Source: Planctomycetota bacterium (GTDB lineage: Bacteria > Planctomycetota > MHYJ01 > WSZJ01). From it: a stretch of DNA of 64,000 bases. The stretch spans positions 1 through 64,000 of the forward strand of contig JBBTCT010000015.1 in assembly GCA_038060895.1 (NCBI GenBank). Reading direction: 5' to 3'. The translations under genes were made by a program, and so were the position numbers. Of the stretch, positions 1 through 10,260 are shown piece by piece; position 1 is the stretch's first letter, and each line of letters starts with the position of its first letter. The notes under the pieces are model-generated. The model was not told the origin of the DNA and searched no databases. It saw only the letters and a list, made by a program, of their open reading frames with translations.

Positions 1-62
1 GGGCTGGAGATGGGGATTGGGATTGGGCTGCACTGCCTCATCCCAATCCCCATCTCCAGCCC
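1..62. repeat. 23-bp perfect inverted repeat built from hexamer-like units (GGGATT/GGAGAT)
   Basis: 1-23 gggctggagatggggattgggat is the exact reverse complement of 40-62; it may extend beyond the window start. Confidence 0.85.
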
Positions 63-115
63 ACACCATCCCAAGCCCGCCTTCACCCCATCCCCTGCCG
101 TTTTCCCCGCCAACC

Positions 116-1327
116 ATGAGAATCCGCCTCTCCGATACCTTTTCCCTCGCCGCCGACACGCTGAGCGCCAACCGCTTCCGCGCCGCCCTCACCATGCTCG
201 GCGTGACGATCGGCGTCGCTTCCGTGATCCTGCTCGTCTCGCTCGGCGAGGGGGTGAAAGTCTTCGTCACCGACCAGTTTGCGTCGCTCGGAACCAACGT
301 CATCATCATCACGCCGGGAAAGGCCGAGACTTCCGGCGGCATGCCCCTCATTGCCGACACCACCGAGGGGTTGACGCTCGCCGACGCCGAGGCCGTCCGC
401 GACCGATGTCCTTCCCTCACCGCCGTCGCCCCCGTCTGCTTCGGCACAGCCAACGTCAAGTTCGCCAACCGCAACCGCTCCACCCTCGTCATCGGAACCG
501 TCGCCGAGTTCGAAACCGTCCGCCACATGCACGTCGAGGTCGGCTCCTTCCTCCCGAACGCCGACGACGTCTCCGAAAAGCAGGTCGCCATCCTCGGCCG
601 CAAGATCAAGGACGAACTCTTCCCGGGCGAGAATCCCCTCGGGAAGCGCATCCTCGTCGACGACCGCCGCTTCCGCGTCATCGGCGTCATGCAGAAGAAG
701 GGGCGCTCGATGGGCATGGACCTCGACGACCTGATCTTCGTCCCGGTCGCCGCGGCGCAGGAAATCTTCAACCGCGACCGGCTTCAGGAGATTCTCGCGC
801 ACGCGCCGACGGAGGAGGGACTCGACCGCGGGGCGGTGGAAGCGAAAGCGCTTCTGATTTCGCGCCACGACAACAAGGAGGATTTCACCGTCCACAACCA
901 GGACGACATGATGGCGGTGATGACGACGATCATGGGGATGCTGACGTACGCCCTGGCCGGGATCGCCGGGATCTCGCTCCTGGTCGGAGGCATCGGCATC
1001 ATGAACATCATGCTGGTGAGCGTGACGGAGCGAACCCGCGAAATCGGCATCCGCAAAGCCGTCGGCGCCCGAAAAAGCGACATCATGGCGCAGTTCCTGA
1101 TCGAGAGCGTGATTCTGTCGTCGGCCGGGGGACTGGCCGGGGTCCTGATCGGCGTCGGGGTCGGACAGGGGCTGAAAACGGTGTTCCCCGACATGCCGAT
1201 CGTGTTCCCGGTGTGGGCGGTGCTGATGGCGTTCGGGTTTTCGTTCCTGGTCGGCGTGTTCTTCGGCGTCTACCCGGCGAGAAGGGCGAGCCGGCTGGAC
1301 CCGATCGCGGCGCTCAGGGTCGAGTAA
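116..1327 (+). CDS. MacB/FtsX-family ABC transporter permease
   Basis: LTMLGVTIGVASVI N-terminus and ISLLVGGIGIMNIMLVSVTERTREIGIRKAVGA signature; C-terminal YPARRASRLDPIAALR. ATG at 116 chosen. Confidence 0.93.
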   Translation: MRIRLSDTFSLAADTLSANRFRAALTMLGVTIGVASVILLVSLGEGVKVFVTDQFASLGTNVIIITPGKAETSGGMPLIADTTEGLTLADAEAVRDRCPSLTAVAPVCFGTANVKFANRNRSTLVIGTVAEFETVRHMHVEVGSFLPNADDVSEKQVAILGRKIKDELFPGENPLGKRILVDDRRFRVIGVMQKKGRSMGMDLDDLIFVPVAAAQEIFNRDRLQEILAHAPTEEGLDRGAVEAKALLISRHDNKEDFTVHNQDDMMAVMTTIMGMLTYALAGIAGISLLVGGIGIMNIMLVSVTERTREIGIRKAVGARKSDIMAQFLIESVILSSAGGLAGVLIGVGVGQGLKTVFPDMPIVFPVWAVLMAFGFSFLVGVFFGVYPARRASRLDPIAALRVE

Positions 1328-1334
1328 TCGGCGC

Positions 1335-2381
1335 ATGCGCAAGTCGGATGCCCTCCGCCCTTCCCAGCGCGACAAGCGAATCAAGCTCCTCTCCAGCAAG
1401 GACGGACGAACCCGCTGTCACGCCGCGGTTGACCTCTGCAAGGCTGCGCAGGCTGGCACCGATATCTCCCCGGCAATCCCCGCCCTCGCAGCGGTCGCAG
1501 ACCTTCCGCACGGCACCGACCTCGACGCCATGTGGGCCCAGCATGCCCTCGACGCCGCGGCGTTTCATCGTGCCGACCTCCGGCCCGCACTGCCTGCGCT
1601 CCTCCGCAAACTTCGGGAGAAGGTCAACCAGTACGCCATCGTCGCCATCCGCACCTGGGCCTCCCGCTCCCTCGCGTCCGCCGCCGAGGCCCTGTCCGCC
1701 TGCCGCGCGTCCCTCGAGGGAAAGCACTTCTTCCTGATGGACGAGTTTCTCGCCGAGCTCGAATTCCTCTCGAAACGCTGCATGCCCGACGCCCAGGCCA
1801 CCTGGAATACCGACCGCGCCCGCGGCGTCCGCCTCCAGGCCGGCCGCCTCCGCTGGCGCACTTCCCACGGCTGGGACAACGAGCAGTCCATCCCCGACTT
1901 CCTCGAGAACGGCGTCCCGCGCGCATCCCTCATCTACTCAACCGGCAGCTGGCGCGTTCCCGGAGAAGTGCAGAACAAGATCCGCGCCTGGCTCGGGCTC
2001 GAGCCTCTCACCGAAACCGGGCAGGACCGGGCGCTCGCGGCGATTGAGAAGCGACTCGGAGAGCTCGCATCCAGGCCGTTTCCATCCCGCCTCGAGGATT
2101 GCGAACTCTGCGCCACTCTCGGTCCATCCAGGGGCGGATCCCCGATGAACGGCTGGAAATCGCCCGCCGAGGCGAGCCGGCTTGAGGACGTTCCTGGGTT
2201 GCCTGTCTCGGATGAGCTTTCACGGTGCCCCCACTGCGGCACGTTTTACCGATGGAAGTATGAGCACGATTGTGAGCCGTTCGAACCGGAGACCGACCAC
2301 CAGTCGGTATCTCGAGCGACTCTGGACGAGGTCCGAAAGGCCGCGATGGAAGCTGAGTTCGGGACGGCATCAGAAGGCTAG
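1335..2381 (+). CDS. Hypothetical protein with helical N-terminus and C-terminal Cys pairs (CELC...CPHCG)
   Basis: 348-aa ORF 7 nt after the permease with gene-like codon use; no family recognised. Confidence 0.6.
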   Translation: MRKSDALRPSQRDKRIKLLSSKDGRTRCHAAVDLCKAAQAGTDISPAIPALAAVADLPHGTDLDAMWAQHALDAAAFHRADLRPALPALLRKLREKVNQYAIVAIRTWASRSLASAAEALSACRASLEGKHFFLMDEFLAELEFLSKRCMPDAQATWNTDRARGVRLQAGRLRWRTSHGWDNEQSIPDFLENGVPRASLIYSTGSWRVPGEVQNKIRAWLGLEPLTETGQDRALAAIEKRLGELASRPFPSRLEDCELCATLGPSRGGSPMNGWKSPAEASRLEDVPGLPVSDELSRCPHCGTFYRWKYEHDCEPFEPETDHQSVSRATLDEVRKAAMEAEFGTASEG

Positions 2382-2468
2382 CGGTCGGTCAGCATTGATT
2401 CCGGCGTCGTCGCCCTGGGGCTGGGCCCAGGCAGTGGATGGGAAATCAGGCGCGCGTCATCGCCAGGC

Positions 2469-3767
<1,299 letters not shown>

Positions 3768-3773
3768 CGCGCG

Positions 3774-4895
3774 CTACTTTCCCGGGTCTTTCGGCGGGTC
3801 AGGCGGCTTCTCGCCGGGCTCTTTGGGCGGCTCTACCGCGTTTTCCTTCGGCAGATACGGGTGGCCGCGCTTCTGCAGCATCTTTCCCGAGCGGAGCTGG
3901 TCGAGCGGCATCAGCTTGCGGACCGCGTCGAGCCCCTCGACGACGCGCCCGATCACGAGGAACCTGCCCGCGTACTGGGGCACCTCGCCGGTGAAAATCA
4001 CGAACCGCGTCGAGCCCGTGTTTTTGAGCGCGTCCGTGTCCGGCTGGCCCTCGGGCGGCAGGTCGCGCACGAGCGCCACCGTTCCCGCGACCGCTGGAAG
4101 CTTGCTGGATTCGAAGGGGATCGTAAAGAGCCGGGGCGCGCTCCCGTCGGGCATCGGGTCGCCGAGGAATACGGCAGCGTCCTTCTCGACCTTGTACACG
4201 CTGGTCCTGTCGTAGTACTGCTTTTCGATCTGGCGGATGAACGTCGCGGTCGCGTTGGGAGCGTCGTCCTCGTCCAGCTCGATGACGACTTTCCCGGTCG
4301 AGAGGTCCAGTTCGACCCGCGGCAGCGCCTTGTCGTCGATCTTCACCCCGACTCCCGGCACCGGCTTAACTTCGTCCTTGTTCGCCGCGCGCAGCTCGTC
4401 CAGCTTCTTCTCCAGCATCCCGCCCTTTCCGGACCACGCCTTGATCTCCTGCGTCGTCTTTTCCTGCTGGGCGCCGAGCCCGCCCGCCAGCGTACCGCTG
4501 AACTTCGACTTCAATTCGCCGAATTCCTTGATCGCTTCGTCGTACTTCTCTTCCTCCGCGAGCTTGTTTCCGATGCGCAGGCGGATATAGGGCTCGACGG
4601 GGAGACCCTGGTACTTCACGAGGAGCGACCGGAGGGCGTCAACGGACTGGGCCTGGCCGAGCTCGGCCCAGCTGGCGTCAATTTTCTCTTCCTTGCGCCT
4701 CGCCTGAAACTTCAGCACGGCCCAGGTCAGCAGCAGCACCGTGGCCACGGCGTAGAACACGTTCTGGTACTTCTTCGCGAACTCAAGAGCCTTCGTCGCC
4801 CACGGAGGGAGGCCCTCGGTGGCCAGCTCCGCCATGGCGGCGGCGGGCGATTCCGACGTCGATTTCAGTTCGTTCTTGTTGTCGGCGGTGGGCAT
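3774..4895 (-). CDS. Membrane-anchored YfgM/TPR-like domain fused to a divergent cyclophilin-type PPIase domain
   Basis: TM helix near the N-terminus, TPR-like YDEAIKEF, and cyclophilin-like GKVVIELDEDDAPNATATF and IGRVVEGLDAV. Confidence 0.72.
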   Translation of the reverse strand: MPTADNKNELKSTSESPAAAMAELATEGLPPWATKALEFAKKYQNVFYAVATVLLLTWAVLKFQARRKEEKIDASWAELGQAQSVDALRSLLVKYQGLPVEPYIRLRIGNKLAEEEKYDEAIKEFGELKSKFSGTLAGGLGAQQEKTTQEIKAWSGKGGMLEKKLDELRAANKDEVKPVPGVGVKIDDKALPRVELDLSTGKVVIELDEDDAPNATATFIRQIEKQYYDRTSVYKVEKDAAVFLGDPMPDGSAPRLFTIPFESSKLPAVAGTVALVRDLPPEGQPDTDALKNTGSTRFVIFTGEVPQYAGRFLVIGRVVEGLDAVRKLMPLDQLRSGKMLQKRGHPYLPKENAVEPPKEPGEKPPDPPKDPGK

Positions 4896-4902
4896 CAGTC
4901 CT

Positions 4903-5304
4903 CTACTTGCTGTACCGGATATCGACGGTCACTCGCGTTGTCTCGTCGTCGGCCTTCTGTTTCGTCTCGATCTTGCACCGCTCCGAGTCCTTCAGGTAGG
5001 AGAGCATCGCGCCTCCCCCCTTCGCATCCACGTTGGCCGTCTCGAGCGTCCAACCGTTCTTCGGCATCTGCTCTTTGTAGAACGCCGTCGTGTCCCCGGC
5101 CTTCGCCTTGCCGTCGTACGACACGCGGTAGATCCGGAAGTTGTCCTGCTTCTCCCACATCGACTTCGTCTCGGTGTCATCGGGCGCACGCGTGAATCCC
5201 TGCGGCACCGGAATGTCATCCTGGGTGTCAGGAACGCCCGGGTTTGTGGAAGCGCAACCAGCGAGAATTGCGGCGGTGAAGAATGCGAGAACGGATGAAC
5301 GCAT
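4903..5304 (-). CDS. Putative lipoprotein
   Basis: Lipobox ILAGC after a hydrophobic signal; FYKEQMPKNGW motif; GGAG SD. Confidence 0.75.
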   Translation of the reverse strand: MRSSVLAFFTAAILAGCASTNPGVPDTQDDIPVPQGFTRAPDDTETKSMWEKQDNFRIYRVSYDGKAKAGDTTAFYKEQMPKNGWTLETANVDAKGGGAMLSYLKDSERCKIETKQKADDETTRVTVDIRYSK

Positions 5305-5330
5305 GGCGGCTCCGGGAATGAAGGGGAGAG

Positions 5331-5358
5331 ATTATAGGGGGGGAGAAGGGGGTGTAAA
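5331..5358 (-). promoter_or_regulatory. Sigma70-like promoter for the lipoprotein-PPIase-asnS run
   Basis: Minus strand TTTACA (5358-5353), 16 nt spacer, TATAAT (5336-5331). Confidence 0.6.
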
Positions 5359-5368
5359 GGAGAAGGTG

Positions 5369-5401
5369 CGGGAAGGCAAAACTCCAACTCCAACTCCAAA
5401 A
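5369..5401. repeat. (CTCCAA)n hexamer repeat element
   Basis: gcgggaaggcaaaactccaactccaactccaaaa; similar to the reverse complement of 6568-6599. Confidence 0.7.
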
Positions 5402-5415
5402 GCACCTTGCGCTGC

Positions 5416-6462
5416 CTACGCCGGCATCCCCTTCTCAATCCACCCGCCCCCCAGGACTTCCTCCCCACGATAGAACACCGCCGCCTGCCCGGGGGTAACC
5501 GCTCGGACGGGCGAATGGAATTCTGCGCGGATGGCGTCGCCCTCGGGGTAGAGGATGGCGGGCGCCGGGTCATGGTGCGCGCGGATCTGGATGGTCGCTT
5601 CGAGCGGTTCTTCCCCCGGATCGACCAGCCAGTTGAGTTTCCGGGCGACGAGGCCGGAGGACAGCAGGTCGTCGGCGAACCCGACGACGACCGTGTTCGT
5701 TTCCGGCTCGAGGGCGACGACATAGGCGGGGCGGCCCAGTGCGATGCCCAGTCCCTCGCGCTGACCGACCGTGAAATTCTGGATCCCCGGGTGCTCCGCG
5801 AGCTGCCGGCCCTCCATGTCCACCAGCGGCCCCGGCCGCGTCTCCGTCCGCTCGCGGACAAGCCGCCGGTAGTCGTTGTCCGGCACGAAGCAAATCTCCA
5901 TCGACTCCGGCTTCTGAGAGACGGGGAGATCGAAGCGGTGCGCGGCCTCGCGGACCTCGTCCTTGCTCATCCCGCCCACGGGAAGCAGGGTGCGGTCGAG
6001 CTGGCGGCGGCTGAGATTGAAGAGGACGTACGACTGGTCCTTGGCGGAGCTGTGGCCGCGGAAGAGGCGGCCGTCCTTGAGCTGCGCGTAGTGGCCGGTG
6101 GCGACATGAGAGCAACCGGCGGCGTCGGCATAGTCGAGCAGGCGTCCGAACTTGAGCGCCGCGTTGCAAACGATGCAGGGGTTGGGAGTCCGGCCCCGCG
6201 AGTATTCAGAGACGAAGTGGTCGACGATCCCGGCGAATTCCCGCGAAAAGTCCAGCGCGTAAAACGGGATGCCCAGACGATCGGCGACCCGGCGGGCGTC
6301 GTAGGCGTCGGCGGCGGAACAGCAGCCCTGCTTCGAAGATGTGCCGGCGTGCTCCACGCCGTTGCGCATGAAGAGGCCGATGACGTCGTGCCCCTGCTCC
6401 TTGAGCAGGGCCGCGGCGACGGATGAATCGACTCCTCCGCTCATGGCGGTGACGACCTTCAT
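5416..6462 (-). CDS. mnmA: tRNA 2-thiouridine(34) synthase MnmA
   Basis: MSGGVDSSVAA, GRTPNPCIVCN, ATGHYA, KDQSY, ESMEICF, TPGQAAVFY. Confidence 0.96.
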   Translation of the reverse strand: MKVVTAMSGGVDSSVAAALLKEQGHDVIGLFMRNGVEHAGTSSKQGCCSAADAYDARRVADRLGIPFYALDFSREFAGIVDHFVSEYSRGRTPNPCIVCNAALKFGRLLDYADAAGCSHVATGHYAQLKDGRLFRGHSSAKDQSYVLFNLSRRQLDRTLLPVGGMSKDEVREAAHRFDLPVSQKPESMEICFVPDNDYRRLVRERTETRPGPLVDMEGRQLAEHPGIQNFTVGQREGLGIALGRPAYVVALEPETNTVVVGFADDLLSSGLVARKLNWLVDPGEEPLEATIQIRAHHDPAPAILYPEGDAIRAEFHSPVRAVTPGQAAVFYRGEEVLGGGWIEKGMPA

Positions 6463-6494
6463 GGGGGGAATCATACGTTGAGCACGCCGCAGGC

Positions 6495-6599
6495 GGGGAT
6501 TGGGAATGACGAACGGCAATCCCAACTCCAAATTTCACCCTCTGTCGGGGGGAAATTGGAGTTGGGGTTGGAGTTGGAATTTGGAGTTGTCTTTCCCGC
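6495..6599. repeat. Hexamer-repeat palindromic element (CCAACT/TTGGRG)
   Basis: cccaactccaaatttcaccc pairs imperfectly with ggggggaaattggagttgggg and is followed by further TTGGRG units. Confidence 0.8.
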
Positions 6600-6644
6600 C
6601 TTTTCCTCCTCTTCCCCTCAATTCCTCGTATACTTTTCCCCCTC

Positions 6645-7136
6645 ATGAACCCCAACCTTCTCGCCGAAGCCGCCCCTGAATCCACCGGCACGCCGCCTGC
6701 CCCCGCGGGCGGAGGCACGACATCGACCGGGACTCCCGCAGAATCCCCCGCCGGCCCCGCCGAACCCCAGGGCGGCAATTTCTCCACGATGATCCTCTTC
6801 TTCGGCCTCACGCTCGCCGTCATGTACTTCCTCATGATCCGGCCGCAGCAGAAGAAGGAGAAGGAACTCAAGGCGATGGTCAATCGTCTGAAGAAGAACG
6901 ACAAGGTGGTCCTCCAGGGCGGGATCTTCGCCGTCGTCGCGCAGGTCAGGGAGAAGGACGTGATCGTCAAGATCGACGAGAAGAACGACGTCCGCATCCG
7001 CGTCCTCAAGAGCGCCGTGCTGGGCGTTGAAGGCAGGCCCGGGGACTCCAAGGCCCCTGAGATCGAGACGAAGCCTGAGGCCGACGCGGACGACGCCGAC
7101 GAAAAAGCCGAAGAGAAGTCGGGAGCGGGCAAGTGA
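6645..7136 (+). CDS. yajC: Preprotein translocase subunit YajC
   Basis: MYFLMIRPQQKKEKE, LKKNDKVVLQGGI; lies upstream of secDF. Confidence 0.93.
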   Translation: MNPNLLAEAAPESTGTPPAPAGGGTTSTGTPAESPAGPAEPQGGNFSTMILFFGLTLAVMYFLMIRPQQKKEKELKAMVNRLKKNDKVVLQGGIFAVVAQVREKDVIVKIDEKNDVRIRVLKSAVLGVEGRPGDSKAPEIETKPEADADDADEKAEEKSGAGK

Positions 7137-7465
7137 TGCGCGCGTTCTGGCGGCTTCCTCTCCTGGCCCTGACAATCGCCGCCGCACTTCCCTCGTTTCG
7201 GGAAACGCCGGTCGCGAAAGGCGACGCAGCGGCGTTCGTGGCGGCTCAGGACACGGCGCGCGTCGAGACGCAGATCCCCGTCCTGCCGCTCTTCGGCCGT
7301 GGCGCGGACTCCGGCGGCGCCCTTCGCGTCGTCGCGTTGTCCGTCGCCGAGGAAACTCAGCTCCCCGCGACGCCGGGCGCCGGCGCCCCTGCGGCTGTTC
7401 ATCCCTCCTTCGACGCCCCCGCCGCTTCACGCGGCCGCGGACGCGCTCCGCCGACGGCCCTGTAG
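7136..7465 (+). CDS. Putative secretion-monitor translation arrest peptide (signal peptide + C-terminal RAPP)
   Basis: ATG overlaps the yajC stop (TGATG); signal-like MRAFWRLPLLALTIAAA; ends GRAPPTAL*; 52 nt before secDF. Confidence 0.8.
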   Translation: MRAFWRLPLLALTIAAALPSFRETPVAKGDAAAFVAAQDTARVETQIPVLPLFGRGADSGGALRVVALSVAEETQLPATPGAGAPAAVHPSFDAPAASRGRGRAPPTAL

Positions 7466-7517
7466 TTTCGCAGGCCGTCTGTTGCGTCGTTTCCATTGAC
7501 CCGAGCGGAGCGCTGTC
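7440..7517 (+). promoter_or_regulatory. SD-sequestering stem-loop for secDF
   Basis: 7440-7451 GACGCGCTCCGC pairs with 7505-7517 GCGGAGCGCTGTC (one bulge), which contains the GGAG SD at 7507-7510. Confidence 0.72.
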
Positions 7518-10202
7518 ATGAATGATTCCAAGATGAAATTCCTGACGCTTGTCGTATTGACGCTGGCGGCCGGCTACGTCGCGTGGCCGTCGGAGCAGAA
7601 ACCGCTGTTCAAGCCGGGGCAGCCGCTGGAAGACCGGAAGCTGATCCTCGGGCTCGACCTGCAGGGCGGCGCATGGTTCCGGGTGCGGTTGAGGCCGGAA
7701 GGACTGAGCGCGGAAGAACGGACGCGCGGGACGGATGAGGCCATGAACATCCTGAGCCAGCGCGTGAACCTGCGCGGGCTGAAGGAACCGCGGATTTCGA
7801 AGGTCGGCGGAAACGAGATCCAGATCGAGGTTCCGGGACTCAAGACGAGCCAGGAAGTCGATTCCTTCAAGAAGGTGATCCTCAGCGCAGGACGCCTGGA
7901 ATTCCACATCGAGGCGGAAGACGCCGACCAGGAGACGTACCGCCGGACGCAGTCCGCACCGCCTGGCACGCGCTGGTACATGCCGCGCCCCGGCGCGCGC
8001 AAGCAAGGCCCGCTGCTTTGCAAAGCCGAAGTTGCGATGGACGGTCGCGACATCGAAACGGCGACCTCCCAGCACGATCCCGATCGGCCCGGCGCCCCCG
8101 CGGTGGGATTCCAGATGACCTCGGAGGGAGCACGGAAGTTCGGGCAGATCACCGAAGCGAACATCGAGAGACGCCTGGCGATCATCCTCGACGACGTGCT
8201 CGTGTCGGCGCCAAACATCAAGAGCAGGATCTCCGAAAGCGGCCAGATCTCGGGAGATTTCACCGTCCAGGAAGTCGAAGACCTGATCACGGTGCTCAAG
8301 ACCGGCGCCCTGGCCGCTCCCCTCGAAATGGTCGGATCCAGCTTCCTTGGCCCTTCGCTGGGGCAGGACGCGATCGATCGCGGCGTGAAGGCCTGCTACT
8401 TCGCACTGGCCATCGTGATGCTGTTCATGCTGGTCTACTACCGCCACGCGGGCATGGTCGCCAACATCGCGATGATCATGAACGTGACGTTCCTCCTGGC
8501 ACTGCTCGCGCTCCTCGGCGCGACGCTCACCCTGCCCGGCATCGCGGGCATCGTGCTCACCATGGGCATGGCGGTGGACGCGAATATTCTCGTCTTCGAG
8601 CGAATGCGGGAGGAAAAGGCGCTCGGGAAGAGCCCGCAGCAGTGTTTTGTGGCTGGCTACGATCGCGCTTTCTCCGCCATCGTGGACGGAAACCTCACGA
8701 CGCTTCTGACCGGCATTGTCCTGTACGTCTTCGGGACCGGGCCGATCCAGGGCTTCGCCGCCACCCTCTCGATCGGCATTCTCACGACCCTGTTCACCGC
8801 GCTCGTCTGCTCGCGGGTCATGATGAAACTGATGCTCGACACGGGGATGGTGAAGGAGTGGTCGATGATGTCGGCGATCAGCCGGCCGAACATTCCCTTC
8901 ATGAAACTGGCGCCCAAGGCCGTCGTCGTTTCCGGCATCATGGTCCTGGTCGGCGTCATCGTCTGGTTCGCACGGGGCGATGAAAAGTACGGCATCGATT
9001 TCCGGGGCGGCGTGTCGCTCCAGATGCGCTTCCGCAAACCCACCGCCATCGAAGACGTCCGCGACGGCGTCCTGAAGATCGCCGGCCCCAACGGGCCTAA
9101 GTACCCGGGGGCTGAAGTGCAGTCGGTTCTTCTCGGGACCGACGCGAGCGGGGTGAGGGAAGCGCTTCAGTTCCAGATCCGGACGCTGTCCACGTCGGGG
9201 AACGAAGTCGTCGACCCCGAGAAGTTCAAGGAGATGTTGACGGAGGATCTGAGGAAACAGTTCGCCGGCAGGATCCCCGAGCCGTCCGTGCAGGTCGGAA
9301 TGGAAAAGATCGATACGCCGAATCCGTACGCCGGGGGCGGGACGATCAAGATCTCGCTCAGCGAGGACAAACCGGCGAAGGAGCTGACCGAGAAGATCGC
9401 GAAGAAACTGTCCGAGATGTCGATCATGAAGCCCGCAGAGGCGCCGATGCCCTACGTCGTGGCGCTCGGCGCGGACGGGAAGCCTGCGAAGGGGGCCAAT
9501 GCCTCGACCTATGAGGTCTGGCTCATGCCGGCGGACTTCACGGACTGGAACCGGATTTCCGCGCAGCTGGGGATTGAGTTGAAAACGATGGGGTACCCGC
9601 TCTCGGGAGATCCCTTCCCGTCCGTCGAAACCGTGAGCGCCTCCATCGTCGGCGAGATGAAGGAAAAGGCCTACATCGCGCTGTTCATCTCGTGGATCGG
9701 AATCATCCTCTACCTCGCCGTTCGCTTCGACATGAAGTACGGCATCGCGGCCGTGGTGGCGCTCGTCCACGACTCCATCATCGCCGTGACCTGGACCGTG
9801 ATCCTCGACGCGTTGTTTCCGAAGTCGTGGGGCATCGACGTCGCGGTTTCGCTCACGACGGTCGCGGCGGCCCTGACGGTCATCGGGTATTCCGTGAACG
9901 ACACCGTCGTGATCTTCGACCGCCTGCGTGAGAATTTCCGCGAAGTGAAGTCCAAGGGGCTGAGCCAGCTCATCGACGAGGCGCTGAATCAGACTCTTTC
10001 GCGGACGATCATCACCTCGTTGACCGTGTTCTTCGTCGTCACCGTCCTTCTCGCCGTGACCCTGACCTCCGGCGGCGGCATCGCCGCGCTCTCGATGACC
10101 ATGCTGATCGGCGTCATCGTGGGCACGTACTCGACCCTCTTCATCGCCGCGCCGATGATCTTCTGGTGGCGTACTTCAAAGTCGGCCACGCCGAAGTCGT
10201 GA
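7518..10202 (+). CDS. secDF: Protein translocase subunit SecDF (fused)
   Basis: LGLDLQGG, GMAVDANILVFERMREE, YGIDFRGG, GYSVNDTVVIFDRLREN. Confidence 0.96.
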   Translation: MNDSKMKFLTLVVLTLAAGYVAWPSEQKPLFKPGQPLEDRKLILGLDLQGGAWFRVRLRPEGLSAEERTRGTDEAMNILSQRVNLRGLKEPRISKVGGNEIQIEVPGLKTSQEVDSFKKVILSAGRLEFHIEAEDADQETYRRTQSAPPGTRWYMPRPGARKQGPLLCKAEVAMDGRDIETATSQHDPDRPGAPAVGFQMTSEGARKFGQITEANIERRLAIILDDVLVSAPNIKSRISESGQISGDFTVQEVEDLITVLKTGALAAPLEMVGSSFLGPSLGQDAIDRGVKACYFALAIVMLFMLVYYRHAGMVANIAMIMNVTFLLALLALLGATLTLPGIAGIVLTMGMAVDANILVFERMREEKALGKSPQQCFVAGYDRAFSAIVDGNLTTLLTGIVLYVFGTGPIQGFAATLSIGILTTLFTALVCSRVMMKLMLDTGMVKEWSMMSAISRPNIPFMKLAPKAVVVSGIMVLVGVIVWFARGDEKYGIDFRGGVSLQMRFRKPTAIEDVRDGVLKIAGPNGPKYPGAEVQSVLLGTDASGVREALQFQIRTLSTSGNEVVDPEKFKEMLTEDLRKQFAGRIPEPSVQVGMEKIDTPNPYAGGGTIKISLSEDKPAKELTEKIAKKLSEMSIMKPAEAPMPYVVALGADGKPAKGANASTYEVWLMPADFTDWNRISAQLGIELKTMGYPLSGDPFPSVETVSASIVGEMKEKAYIALFISWIGIILYLAVRFDMKYGIAAVVALVHDSIIAVTWTVILDALFPKSWGIDVAVSLTTVAAALTVIGYSVNDTVVIFDRLRENFREVKSKGLSQLIDEALNQTLSRTIITSLTVFFVVTVLLAVTLTSGGGIAALSMTMLIGVIVGTYSTLFIAAPMIFWWRTSKSATPKS

Positions 10203-10217
10203 TTCCCTGACACCGGC

Positions 10218-10249
10218 CCGGGACCGTTCCCGAAAGGGAGCGGTCCCGG
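10218..10249 (+). terminator. Stable GAAA-tetraloop hairpin after secDF (terminator or stabiliser; weak U tract)
   Basis: ccgggaccgttccc-gaaa-gggagcggtcccgg. Confidence 0.55.
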
Positions 10250-10260
10250 ACTCTTCAGAT

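Noticed and set aside
6618-9770. Long antisense ORFs (also 18057-20837, 50236-53394 and others)
   Set aside because: Shadow ORFs opposite well-supported genes, expected in high-GC DNA.
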